Shown: positions 38,932 to 48,701 of the stretch, piece by piece
Numbering within the stretch: position 1 is the stretch's first letter
Layout of the letters: each line of letters opens with the position of its first letter
Source of the DNA: Eubacteriales bacterium
GTDB taxonomy: Bacteria > Bacillota > Clostridia > Oscillospirales > QAKW01
Assembly (NCBI GenBank): GCA_045657265.1
Contig: JAZOSU010000015.1
Coordinates: 7,826 to 71,825, forward strand
Reading direction: 5' to 3'
DNA length: 64,000 nucleotides
Program-made: the position numbers and the translations under genes
Notes under the pieces: model-generated
Databases searched by the model: none
The model's input: only the letters and a program-made list of their open reading frames with translations
Told to the model about the DNA's origin: nothing

Positions 38932-39303
38932 TTAATCGTTATTATCTGATTTTAAGGTATCTAAAATATTATTGATATCGTCACAGAACTCTGTTATTTC
39001 TTTGGAATAACAATGTCTTGAATTTATATCTTTTATATTTTCGGTAAGATTACCAATTGCTACAATTTTATCATCAAGAGCATGATATTTCTCGTAAAAA
39101 CCAAGTTTATCTTCCATTTCGAGAAGAATGGCTTCTCCGCGTTTGATTGCATCTCTGACACCTTGTCTTGTTATTTTTGTGTGTTGTGCAATTTCGGCAA
39201 GAGATAAATCTTCATTATAATATAATTCAATAGCATCAAGCTGTTTGTCTGTCAATATTCCGCCGTAAAAATCAAGTAATAAGGATATTTTTAAATCTTT
39301 CAT
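38932..39303 (-). CDS. ylxM: YlxM/UPF0122 putative DNA-binding protein
   Basis: 123 aa from ATG 39303. LLDFYGGILTDKQLDAIELYYNEDLSLAEIA; upstream of ffh, as in Bacillus. Confidence 0.85.
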   Translation of the reverse strand: MKDLKISLLLDFYGGILTDKQLDAIELYYNEDLSLAEIAQHTKITRQGVRDAIKRGEAILLEMEDKLGFYEKYHALDDKIVAIGNLTENIKDINSRHCYSKEITEFCDDINNILDTLKSDNND

Positions 39304-39404
39304 TGATCTTTCTCCGAATAAGATTTTCTTGAAATAGCTGTAAAGCAATAAACTTTACATAGTATACTATATATTGATTGATTTGTCAAGAGTTATACTA
39401 CTTT

Positions 39405-39447
39405 TTATTAAAATAAAATGACCGTATACAAAATGTATACGGTCATT
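39405..39447 (-). terminator. intrinsic terminator of the SLH-protein gene
   Basis: 13-bp stem AATGACCGTATAC/GTATACGGTCATT, 5-nt loop. Minus-strand tail is UUAUUUUAAU. Confidence 0.7.
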
Positions 39448-39452
39448 AAGTA

Positions 39453-42400
39453 TTATTTAACTAAGTATGCTGAATGAAATGATGTAAAGATTGTTGCTCC
39501 TTCAGCTCTGGTTGCAAATGCTTTAGGACTGAAGTTGTTATCTCCTGTACCGTTAACAAGGTTAGCTTGTTGACATTTATAAACTTCTGTTTTTGCCCAA
39601 GTTGCAATATTGTTATCGTCTTTGAAGAGAATTTTTGATGATGTTTCTTCAAGTTTTTCTTTCTTGAACACTTCGTAGTAGTTTACAAGCATTACACACA
39701 TCTGCTCACGTGTAATATTATCATTTGGAGCAAATTTGTTGTCGCCGATACCTGAAACTATCTTGTTGTCAGCTGCCCATTTAACAGCACCTGTATACCA
39801 CTGACCTGATTTTACGTCTGTAAATGAAGTTGTTGTGTTATCGTCAACGTCAATTCCTTCAAGGTTTGCAAGTATTCTTACAAACTGTGCTCTTGTCAGG
39901 TTCATTGTGGGTGAAAATGTGGTTTTTGATGTACCTTCAAATATACCGTGTGCTACAGCATATGCGACGTATTTTTCGTACCATGAACCAGCTTTTACGT
40001 CGGTAAATATTTTAGTTGCATCTATATCCACCTCAGGAACTGGTTCAGCGGCCGGATTAGCAGTATCAATCATCAATTTATATACTTTTGAAACTTTGCC
40101 GTTTTCTGATGTAGCTTTCAAATAAGCAACGTTGCTCTTTTTAGTAAGATAAACTGTATTATTAGCGTATGCTTCTGTGCAAGTAGCATTTTTATAAAGC
40201 TTATATTTTGTGTTTATGTTTTTGAAAGCCGGATAAACGTTGAATTCTGATGTATTTAATTTTGTATAGAATTCTGTGTTATCATCAGATGGGTTATACA
40301 TATTAAATATGTATGAGAGATCAACTGATGATTTATCTTTTACAATTGTCAAAGTATAAGTTTTCTTGTTACCTGATTGTGAAGTGACTTCGAGAGTTAC
40401 AGTTTTTTTATTGCCTATGTTGTAGATTACATAAGGTGAATCTGATGTAACTGTTTCGGTTCTTCCTTCATTTTTAACTTTTACTTCTGCGTTTGTTGAA
40501 TAATAGGGGATAAGTGTAAATGAAGTTGCATCTACAGGAATTGATGCTTCAAAAGATGTGCTTCCTGTTTTAACAGCACCATCTATTGCGGTTATATCAG
40601 CAAGTGTATTTACACCCTGTTTTACTGAAAAATTATATGTTGTTTTTACTTTGCCGTCTTCAGATGTAACTTCAATATACTTAACTGTTGGTTTTGTTGT
40701 GATGCCTGTAATCTTAGTTACCAAGAATTCTTCAGTTTTTGCTGAATTGTTGTAAATTTTAACCGTAGCTCCTTCTGATGTGTTAAGATTTTTAAGAAGG
40801 AGAGAAGTTGTTCCGATGGGAACAATTGCTGTTATGTTTTTGTCTGAAATCGTATGATTGTCAAAGTTTATAATTTTTGCTTCATTTGAAAGCTGTTTGG
40901 TTATTGTAGCTTTATATGTGTGAACCACTGTGTCTTTGTATGAAGCAATTTTAATATAAAATTCATTTACTTTTTTATCAATTACAACAGGTTCTTCAAC
41001 TTTATACAAGCAGTTAGGATCAGAGTAGATTCCATATGAAGCTTGTTTTGTTTCAAGTTTGATGCCAAAATTGTAGGTTGATGTACCTGCAGCAACTGTA
41101 TCAGTGTATGTGAATTTTTTAGAATCAATTTTACCTGGGCCGTTGATCGAATATTTAAGTTCGGTTTTGTACTCTTCAGATGCATTTACAAGCTCTGTCA
41201 TTTCGTAATCCGCAAAGTAAGAATCGCAAGTGATTAATCCTTTTTGAGATGAGGTATAGTATGTCATCTTAATGCCTGGTGTTGATTTATCAAATACACC
41301 GCCTTCAAAGTTACCGCCAACTTTTGTTGAATTGTCAAGGTCACAAGCGTAGTTTTTACTGTAATCCCAACAGGTTTTAGGGGAAACATTACGCATATCT
41401 ACAACTTTGTATGGTCCGATAAAACGGTTGTATTTAATTGTAACATCAGATACAACATCAATGTTAGCAAGTTTTTCACCGGAGAGATTTGAGCCATCAG
41501 TCGCACCTGTAAACCAAGCGGCAGCACCTGGCATTGGTGAATGAGCTGCATAAGTAGAGATGATAGTGTTATTTGTAAGAGTTAAGCTATCTCTTTTACT
41601 ATTGAATCTTATACCAATAACACCATATTCGTATTGGGAAGGTTGGTAAAAAATGTTGTTGTGGAATGTAACTTTGTTAAATTCTCTTTCGGGAGAATCA
41701 GTTTGTTTGTTAGAAACAAGAACTACAGCGGTTGATGGTGTACATTTATAGAAACATGAATTTCTTATATCAAGTGTAAAGTTCTGACCCTTAGGGGCTG
41801 TAAGCTCAGGACTTGAGATTTTATTTTTTATACCCGCAAAATAAAGTCCGTCAATACGGAGAGATTCCATATAAGTACCTACAAGGAATGCACTGTTGAG
41901 GTTTTCCATTCTGATGTTGGTAAGACGAACATCTTTGTGGTTTTTAGAAAATTTATTACTGTTTCCGCCAAAGTGGAAAACATCTGAAGTAGTTCTTACA
42001 AGCTCTTCTCCGTTTGGTCCTTTTTCTTTGTATTCTGCAGCACCTGCGTTGTTTATCAAAATATTTTTAAGAGAAGATGTTGTATAGGTTTCAAGGTTTT
42101 CGCCCATATCTGAATAAGCAGAACCTTCACCAAGAGTAATACCGTCGATATCAAGTGAAACATTTACGGCGTTAGTCGAAATGTAAATAACGCAGTTTTC
42201 AAATGTTGTTTCCTGATCGGGATTAGCTCTTTCGGGGTTGAGTTCCCAACCTTTTTCTGGGTTTTCGTACTGAGGTATATTTGGGTTAATTCCGTATTTT
42301 GCACCAAGAACAACTGCTGATTCAGTAAAGCATAAGTTTTCGGTGTATACACCAGCTGGTAAGAGAATTGTAGGAACAGCATCAGCGATTTTAAATAAGT

Positions 42401-44198
42401 CATCAAGATTTGAAAAGATGGTTTTTCCTACAATAAATTTATAAGTCGCACCGTTCCAATCTTTGCAAACTTCAGAACCTATTTTGTTTTTTGCAACCTC
42501 AGGTGAATACATATATGTATTTTTCTGATTGAAGGCAGTTGCATATTTAGGATTGTATGTTGATACGTACAGTTCATAAATAAATTTGTAGTTAGGTGCT
42601 TTGTTTGAAATACCTACAACATAAAATACATTTTTGTCACTACCTGTATAAAGGTTATCGGAATTTATGCTTTTAACTTCTTTAGTTAAAGATGCATCTG
42701 AATAAACTGAATATTCAGTAGAGTTATCTGCGGCTTTAATATTGAAGTTAAGTTTTGTGTTTTGTGGTAAAGTAACATGTATTGTTTTAAAAGTGTTATC
42801 TACATCATAATCAGTTGTTCCAAGATTGTTTATATAATAATTTGAACTTGGAACTTCCATCTTTTCGTCAATCCAGAAATAAGATACTTTTATATTATTG
42901 TAACTTGAGGGAGAAGGGTAGATGGGATCAATTTGTTTTCCGTCAGCTGTTGCAAAGTAGTTGGCGGTAAAATCAAAGGTGGTTTGTTTTAAAAGACCTG
43001 TTGTATCATTTAAAACAGGGTATCCTACAAATTTACAAGAATTAACTTTTATTGCATCTATAATCGCTGATGTTGTAGCAGTGCCTTTGCAATTAATTAC
43101 AAAAGGAGATGCAGAGTGATCTCTGTTTGCGATAAATTCACAGTCATGTACGTTGAATTTATTTTTTGACTCTGACAAAACATATGTGATAGAAGGTGCG
43201 GTTGCATTGTTTATGTTGTCATCATTTGCAGGACCGTCGATAAATTTTGTTCCTGAAATTTCAAAATTTGTAGATGTTCTGGTAGTTGAATCTTTTTGAG
43301 AGTTGTTTACACGAAGAACACCCTGCTCAGTAACATTATTATAAAACATAGAATCTTTGATTATATAGTTGGGTGAAGTTCCTGTAATGGCATCAATATT
43401 ACCCAACATAGGAGCAGTTGAATCTCCGTAATATGAATTTGAAATATTAAGATTAGCTATGTAGTTACCTATGAAATTAACATTGATTTTTTTGGCACGG
43501 ATATTTTCAAAAGTAATGTTTGTGTTTTTAGCAACAGCTTTTTGAAAGTTGAATATACTTGAAAGTGTATCCAAACCGTATTTAGGAGCTGATAAATTAT
43601 CAAATACAGAGTTTCTGACAATTACAGAAGTGCCTGTTTGAGCGAGGCCTGTATCAATGTAAGAAAATCCATTGATAAATTTAATGCCGTCAAAAACAAC
43701 CTCGATGTCACTTGCAACATATTTATCGATTTCAACCTGACAAGCAATTGTGGTAAAACGACGTAATTCAAGATTGTCACCCCAAGGTGAATTATCACCA
43801 TTATCAACGTTAGGATTAAGACCTGCATTGGTACCTAAAATTGTAACATCCTGCGTAAGCATCATCTTTGTTGAGTAAACACCGGGACAAAGGATGATTA
43901 CCGGATTTTTAAGTTTAATTTCGATACAATATTTGTAAGCATCGTCAAAGCTTACAAAGTGAGTCTGCTCATCAAATTTTTCTTTGATAAGCTTATTTCT
44001 GAAATAATACTCAACAGAATCACCGGTTTTCTTGTTAGCCCATTCTGAGTTAACAACAATTGAATCTATTGCAGCTTTTTCGTAGTAATTCTCGCTTGGA
44101 GTGTCATTTATAGCGGCTGATGAAAACACAGTCATCATCGATACTAACATGAGCACAGATAAAAGCATAGAAATAATTCGATTGGTTGTTTGCTTCAT
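39453..44198 (-). CDS. giant secreted cell-wall protein: signal peptide, two beta-helix modules, Ig/cadherin-like repeats, three C-terminal SLH domains
   Basis: 1581 aa from ATG 44198 (GAGAGGAAGAAAG RBS). Signal peptide MKQTTNRIISMLLSVLMLVSMMTVFSSAA. Three SLH repeats occupy the last 185 aa (39456-40010): FTDVKAGSWY..., FTDVKSGQWY..., FKDDNNIATWA... The body is N/T/S-rich with repeated NxxFxN-type beta-helix turns and repeated ...YxLxIxx beta-sandwich module ends. Confidence 0.85.
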   Translation of the reverse strand: MKQTTNRIISMLLSVLMLVSMMTVFSSAAINDTPSENYYEKAAIDSIVVNSEWANKKTGDSVEYYFRNKLIKEKFDEQTHFVSFDDAYKYCIEIKLKNPVIILCPGVYSTKMMLTQDVTILGTNAGLNPNVDNGDNSPWGDNLELRRFTTIACQVEIDKYVASDIEVVFDGIKFINGFSYIDTGLAQTGTSVIVRNSVFDNLSAPKYGLDTLSSIFNFQKAVAKNTNITFENIRAKKINVNFIGNYIANLNISNSYYGDSTAPMLGNIDAITGTSPNYIIKDSMFYNNVTEQGVLRVNNSQKDSTTRTSTNFEISGTKFIDGPANDDNINNATAPSITYVLSESKNKFNVHDCEFIANRDHSASPFVINCKGTATTSAIIDAIKVNSCKFVGYPVLNDTTGLLKQTTFDFTANYFATADGKQIDPIYPSPSSYNNIKVSYFWIDEKMEVPSSNYYINNLGTTDYDVDNTFKTIHVTLPQNTKLNFNIKAADNSTEYSVYSDASLTKEVKSINSDNLYTGSDKNVFYVVGISNKAPNYKFIYELYVSTYNPKYATAFNQKNTYMYSPEVAKNKIGSEVCKDWNGATYKFIVGKTIFSNLDDLFKIADAVPTILLPAGVYTENLCFTESAVVLGAKYGINPNIPQYENPEKGWELNPERANPDQETTFENCVIYISTNAVNVSLDIDGITLGEGSAYSDMGENLETYTTSSLKNILINNAGAAEYKEKGPNGEELVRTTSDVFHFGGNSNKFSKNHKDVRLTNIRMENLNSAFLVGTYMESLRIDGLYFAGIKNKISSPELTAPKGQNFTLDIRNSCFYKCTPSTAVVLVSNKQTDSPEREFNKVTFHNNIFYQPSQYEYGVIGIRFNSKRDSLTLTNNTIISTYAAHSPMPGAAAWFTGATDGSNLSGEKLANIDVVSDVTIKYNRFIGPYKVVDMRNVSPKTCWDYSKNYACDLDNSTKVGGNFEGGVFDKSTPGIKMTYYTSSQKGLITCDSYFADYEMTELVNASEEYKTELKYSINGPGKIDSKKFTYTDTVAAGTSTYNFGIKLETKQASYGIYSDPNCLYKVEEPVVIDKKVNEFYIKIASYKDTVVHTYKATITKQLSNEAKIINFDNHTISDKNITAIVPIGTTSLLLKNLNTSEGATVKIYNNSAKTEEFLVTKITGITTKPTVKYIEVTSEDGKVKTTYNFSVKQGVNTLADITAIDGAVKTGSTSFEASIPVDATSFTLIPYYSTNAEVKVKNEGRTETVTSDSPYVIYNIGNKKTVTLEVTSQSGNKKTYTLTIVKDKSSVDLSYIFNMYNPSDDNTEFYTKLNTSEFNVYPAFKNINTKYKLYKNATCTEAYANNTVYLTKKSNVAYLKATSENGKVSKVYKLMIDTANPAAEPVPEVDIDATKIFTDVKAGSWYEKYVAYAVAHGIFEGTSKTTFSPTMNLTRAQFVRILANLEGIDVDDNTTTSFTDVKSGQWYTGAVKWAADNKIVSGIGDNKFAPNDNITREQMCVMLVNYYEVFKKEKLEETSSKILFKDDNNIATWAKTEVYKCQQANLVNGTGDNNFSPKAFATRAEGATIFTSFHSAYLVK

Positions 44199-44255
44199 AA
44201 CTTTCTTCCTCTCTGTTAAAAAAAGTTTTATATTAATATATAATAACACAAAAAT

Positions 44256-44264
44256 ATTATAACA
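44256..44264 (-). promoter_or_regulatory. candidate extended -10 promoter (TGTTATAAT) for the SLH-protein gene
   Basis: Minus strand reads TGT-TATAAT, about 58 nt upstream of ATG 44198. No good -35, which fits an activator-dependent promoter. Confidence 0.35.
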
Positions 44265-44286
44265 AACTTAAATAACAAAAGGCATA

Positions 44287-44318
44287 ACTTTATGTTGCAC
44301 AAACACCACTTTATGTTG
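44287..44318. repeat. 11-bp direct repeat ACTTTATGTTG x2, 21-bp periodicity
   Basis: Identical copies at 44287-44297 and 44308-44318. Relative to the candidate minus-strand -10 they lie at about -38..-48 and -59..-69. Confidence 0.8.
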
Positions 44319-44408
44319 TTTAAATTTAAGCGTTCTTATCGTTAATGTGGTATGAAAATCACTTGATTAACATATATTGGAAACACAAACGTAAAAGGGG
44401 ATAAAACT

Positions 44409-45542
44409 ATGAAAAAAACACTTCTGGTAATAATGGTGATATCATTAATTTTTTCATCTGTTATTTATGTAAAAGCAGAACAAGCTCCACTTTCGGTAGA
44501 AGCTCCAAGTGCTATACTTGTTGAAAAAACAACTGGAAAAGTATTGTTTGAAAAAAATCCCGATCAACAAATGAGACCGGCATCAGTAACTAAAATTATG
44601 ACTTTGATTTTAATTATGGAAGCTATCTCAAAAGGTCAATTTGGTTATGATGATATAGTGACAGCATCTGCATATTCAACGTCAATGGGCGGTTCACAGG
44701 TATATCTTAAAGAAGGCGAACAAATGACTGTTGATGAAATGATTAAATGTATTGTGGTTGCATCTGCAAATGACGTATGTGTTGCTATGGCAGAGTTTGT
44801 AAGCGGTTCGGTTGAAGAATTTGTTTCCCGTATGAATGAAAAAGCAAAGGAATTGGGTATGACAAAAACAAATTTCAAAAACTGTACAGGACTGGAAGCG
44901 GAAGGGCATCTAACAACAGCAAGAGATATTTCAATAATGTCAAGGGAACTTTTAAAATATAATGATATAAAAAAATATACAACTATATGGATGGATACTA
45001 TCAGAAACGGAGAATTCGGACTTACAAACACTAATAAGTTAATTAGGTTTTATGACGGTGCAACAGGGCTTAAAACCGGTTATACAAGTGAATCTAAGTA
45101 CTGCATTTCCGCAACTGCACAAAAAGGAGGAATGGAACTTATTGCTGTTGTTATGGCGGCTGAAACAGTAGATAAAAGAACAGCTGATGCAAAAACTCTG
45201 CTCAATTACGGATTTGCTAAATTCACGCTTTATTCAATAAATAATTTGAAAATTGAGCCTGTGAAAGTTCTGAAAGGAAAAGAAGATTACATACAACCTG
45301 TAATGAAAAACAATGCAAGTTTAGTTGTAGAAAAAGGAAGCGAGAATAATATAAAGTGTGATGTGAAAATGTGTCAAGATGTCTTAGCTCCTGTATGTGA
45401 AGGACAAAAGCTTGGGGAGGTTATTGTAAGTTCAAATGATAAAGAATTAACACGAATTGAAATTGTTTCTGAAAAAAATGTAGAAAAAAACGGATTATTT
45501 GATGTTTTTTTTGATTTACTCAGTTATTTTTTGATAGTTTAG
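44409..45542 (+). CDS. D-alanyl-D-alanine carboxypeptidase (PBP5/DacA-DacB family)
   Basis: 377 aa. Signal peptide, SVTK (SxxK), SAN (SxN), KTGYT (KTG) motifs. Confidence 0.9.
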   Translation: MKKTLLVIMVISLIFSSVIYVKAEQAPLSVEAPSAILVEKTTGKVLFEKNPDQQMRPASVTKIMTLILIMEAISKGQFGYDDIVTASAYSTSMGGSQVYLKEGEQMTVDEMIKCIVVASANDVCVAMAEFVSGSVEEFVSRMNEKAKELGMTKTNFKNCTGLEAEGHLTTARDISIMSRELLKYNDIKKYTTIWMDTIRNGEFGLTNTNKLIRFYDGATGLKTGYTSESKYCISATAQKGGMELIAVVMAAETVDKRTADAKTLLNYGFAKFTLYSINNLKIEPVKVLKGKEDYIQPVMKNNASLVVEKGSENNIKCDVKMCQDVLAPVCEGQKLGEVIVSSNDKELTRIEIVSEKNVEKNGLFDVFFDLLSYFLIV

Positions 45543-45544
45543 TC

Positions 45545-45573
45545 TTGAATATGTTTTGATAATGTGTTATGAT
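45545..45573 (+). promoter_or_regulatory. candidate sigma-A promoter for pgi (TTGAAT-17-TGT-TATGAT)
   Basis: -35 at 45545-45550, 17-nt spacer, -10 at 45568-45573 preceded by TGT. Confidence 0.5.
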
Positions 45574-45599
45574 ACATACAAATAGAAGGAGTTTGGAAA

Positions 45600-46934
45600 A
45601 TGGCAATTAAAGTAAATAGACAATATCTTGATTCATTTATTAATGAATATGAAAGAGACTATCTTCGCCCGTATGTAGAAGTAGCTCATAATCAGTTACA
45701 TTCAAAAAAAGGAGCAGGAAATGATTTTCTCGGTTGGCTTGATCTTCCGCTTAACTATGATAGGGAAGAATTTGCAAGAATTAAATTAGCAGCTGAAAAA
45801 ATCAAAAATAATTCAGATGTACTTGTTGTAATAGGTATAGGTGGTTCTTATCTTGGTGCCCGTGCTGCAATAGAATTCGTACATTCTCAGCTTTATAACA
45901 ATCTTGCTAAGGATACACCGGAAATATACTTTGCAGGTAACAACATTAGTTCAACATACCTTAATGATATTATTACTCTCTGTAAGGATAGAGATTTTTC
46001 TATTAACGTAATATCAAAATCAGGTACAACAACAGAACCTGCTATCGCATTCAGAATTTTTAAAGAGCTTGCAGAGCAGAAATATGGTGTTGATGGTGCG
46101 AAGGATCACATTTTTGTTACCACAGATAAATCACGCGGTACACTCAAAGCACTTGCTGATGAACAGGGATATGAAACATTTGTTGTTCCGGATGACGTAG
46201 GCGGTAGATTTTCAGTTCTTACAGCAGTAGGTCTTCTTCCTATAGCTGTATCAGGAGCTGATATTGATGAAATGATGCGCGGAGCAGAAGAAGCAAGACG
46301 TGATTTTCTTACTGATGAAAATGAGTGCTATAAATATGCAGTAGACAGAAATATTCTTCTCAGAAAAAATAAAAACATTGAAATGCTTATCACTTATGAT
46401 CCTTGCGCAGTATATTTTGGTGAATGGTTCAAACAGCTTTACGGTGAGAGCGAAGGCAAAGATAATAAAGGTATTTTCCCGTCATCTGCAACATTTTCTA
46501 CAGACTTGCATTCCCTTGGACAATATATACAGGACGGTAATCGTTGTGTATTTGAAACAGTTCTTAATGCAAAGAATGTAAAGAAAGATATCGTTATAGG
46601 CGAAGTGGAAGGAAATATTGACGGACTTAACTTCCTTTCAGGTAAAACAGTTCAGTATGTTAACGAAAATGCCTTCTTAGGAACAGTTCTTGCTCATAAG
46701 GACGGAGGTGTTCCAAACATCATAATTGAGTTTGATAATTATGATGAATACAATTTCGGCTATCTTGTATACTTCTTTGAAAAAGCTTGTGCAATATCAG
46801 GATATCTTCTTGGTGTTAATCCTTTTGATCAGCCTGGTGTTGAAGCCTATAAAAAGAATATGTTTGCTCTTTTAGGTAAACCCGGTTACGAGAAAGAAAC
46901 TGAAGAAATCAATAAAAAAATTGGCAGAAACTAA
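45600..46934 (+). CDS. pgi: glucose-6-phosphate isomerase
   Basis: 444 aa. [26 protein letters not shown] motifs. Confidence 0.95.
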   Translation: MAIKVNRQYLDSFINEYERDYLRPYVEVAHNQLHSKKGAGNDFLGWLDLPLNYDREEFARIKLAAEKIKNNSDVLVVIGIGGSYLGARAAIEFVHSQLYNNLAKDTPEIYFAGNNISSTYLNDIITLCKDRDFSINVISKSGTTTEPAIAFRIFKELAEQKYGVDGAKDHIFVTTDKSRGTLKALADEQGYETFVVPDDVGGRFSVLTAVGLLPIAVSGADIDEMMRGAEEARRDFLTDENECYKYAVDRNILLRKNKNIEMLITYDPCAVYFGEWFKQLYGESEGKDNKGIFPSSATFSTDLHSLGQYIQDGNRCVFETVLNAKNVKKDIVIGEVEGNIDGLNFLSGKTVQYVNENAFLGTVLAHKDGGVPNIIIEFDNYDEYNFGYLVYFFEKACAISGYLLGVNPFDQPGVEAYKKNMFALLGKPGYEKETEEINKKIGRN

Positions 46935-47008
46935 TTTTGTCTTGTTTTCCCTTCATGGGAATTTAAGTATATTACATTTGCCGCAGTAAGCGGCGGAAGG
47001 AGTTCATT

Positions 47009-47413
47009 ATGATAAAAGTAATTATCGGAACAAAAGGCACAGGAAAAACCAAAAGATTAATAGAAATGGTTAATACCGCAGCAAAAACAGACAATGGTCA
47101 CGTTGTTTGTCTCGAATATGGTGACGGTTTAAAATATGATATTTCATCACAGGTTAGACTTATAAATACTAAAGATTATAACATAAGCGGTTTTGATGCA
47201 TTCGGTGGATTTATTAAAGGTCTTTTTGCCAGCAACTATGATATTTCTACTCTTTTCGTAGACGGCGCACTGAAAATCACAGGTAATGACCTTGAAAAAT
47301 TAGGTGAAACACTTGCTGATGTTGATAAAATTGCAGGCGATGCTTCTATAGTTGTTCTTGTATCAGCAGCTCAGGACGATGCTCCCGAATCAGTGAAAAA
47401 ATACATAATCTAA
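47009..47413 (+). CDS. minimal P-loop protein, function unknown
   Basis: 134 aa. Walker A GTKGTGKT at residues 7-14, Walker-B-like TLFVDG. GGAAGGAG RBS. Confidence 0.55.
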   Translation: MIKVIIGTKGTGKTKRLIEMVNTAAKTDNGHVVCLEYGDGLKYDISSQVRLINTKDYNISGFDAFGGFIKGLFASNYDISTLFVDGALKITGNDLEKLGETLADVDKIAGDASIVVLVSAAQDDAPESVKKYII

Positions 47414-47433
47414 TTAATTAAAATAAAATTAAG

Positions 47434-47463
47434 AAAACCCACGGTTTAAACCGTGGGTTTTTT
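47434..47463. terminator. bidirectional intrinsic terminator
   Basis: 11-bp stem AAAACCCACGG/CCGTGGGTTTT, 6-nt loop, between convergent genes. Confidence 0.8.
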
Positions 47464-47467
47464 GTTG

Positions 47468-48700
47468 TTATTTTATTTTACGGCATTCAAGATAAAATCT
47501 TTTATCGCAAGCATTACCCATTGAAAAGGTTTTTCTTGGTAAAATACCGTCTTTTTTGATTATGCTAAAAAAGCTATCTTTGTCAATAGAATCAACTATG
47601 AAACCAATTGAATTTTTTTCTTGAGAAAGTTTGTAAACAACGTCCTGACCGTGTATGTAGTCTACTTCGCCGTCGTTTTCTTTCAGATATCTGTCAATAA
47701 AATTTTGTATAGTGCCTATTGTGAGGGAGGTTTCGGGTTTCGTAAATGTGTATTTTTTGCCTTGACCGTTTATAACTATAGTGAAAATCTGTCCGTCAGC
47801 TTCACCTTCAACAAAACCATTTTCTTTTGAAAATTCTGATAAAAATCTATCAGTATCAACATTAAATAAAATTCTGTGAATTGCTTCGAATTCCAAAGAA
47901 GAATCGTAGTGATTTACAAGCTCAACAAGTGCATATCTTGCAGGATGGTTTTCTGCTTCTTTTCCAAGCTCTTTTTTTAATAATTCGTAATATTGCTTGG
48001 CTGCAGCAAGTGAGTGGTTGCCATCACCCATAGCGTATAGCATAGGTGTTTTATCATTATCATTTTTGTAAATATTCTCAAGCCCCGAAAGTGCTATTTC
48101 TGTATCTTTTCCGCAGACTTTATATCCGACGATATGACCGCTTTGTTGCATTAAATCAAAATCATAAACTTTTTCAAGCTCTGAAGTTTTGTCTTTGTAC
48201 GGTAATATTACCTCATCGTTTTTGTCATTTAACAAAATCATAATATGCGGCATTTCCAAAAGTGCATTTTTTCTGACATCAACTCTGGCAGGTAACCTTT
48301 CAACAACGGTTGCTTCTGTAGGACGGCAAAGGGAAGTGGTTCCTTTTGAAAAATCATATACTTCAAGATCGATAGCTCCAACAAGTCCACGTCTTATTTT
48401 ACCGTTTGAAAGTGTTCTTTCGACGTAAATAAAACTGTTTTTAAGTGTAGTGAAAGTATCATTTGAAAGATAATCTTTCATAGTATTTGCTATATCTTTT
48501 GAGCGTTCTTCTGTCTGTGAAAGATATATTTCAGGAAGCATAAGACGAAGAGTTGAAGGACATTTACAAACATTGTTTTCTACCTGATTCCAATATTCGG
48601 GTTCACTTGTGTATTGGTCACAGGCAACACAACTCCATTTGGTCATATCTATATTTTTCGGTATAAGTATGTCTGTAGGGATAAATCCAAAGTTTTTCAT
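47468..48700 (-). CDS. DUF1015-family protein
   Basis: 410 aa from ATG 48700. The N-terminus MKNFGFIPTDILIPK..DMTKWSCVACDQYTSEPEYW is characteristic of DUF1015. The start codon lies 1 nt after the upstream gene's stop. Confidence 0.75.
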   Translation of the reverse strand: MKNFGFIPTDILIPKNIDMTKWSCVACDQYTSEPEYWNQVENNVCKCPSTLRLMLPEIYLSQTEERSKDIANTMKDYLSNDTFTTLKNSFIYVERTLSNGKIRRGLVGAIDLEVYDFSKGTTSLCRPTEATVVERLPARVDVRKNALLEMPHIMILLNDKNDEVILPYKDKTSELEKVYDFDLMQQSGHIVGYKVCGKDTEIALSGLENIYKNDNDKTPMLYAMGDGNHSLAAAKQYYELLKKELGKEAENHPARYALVELVNHYDSSLEFEAIHRILFNVDTDRFLSEFSKENGFVEGEADGQIFTIVINGQGKKYTFTKPETSLTIGTIQNFIDRYLKENDGEVDYIHGQDVVYKLSQEKNSIGFIVDSIDKDSFFSIIKKDGILPRKTFSMGNACDKRFYLECRKIK

Positions 48701-48701
48701 A

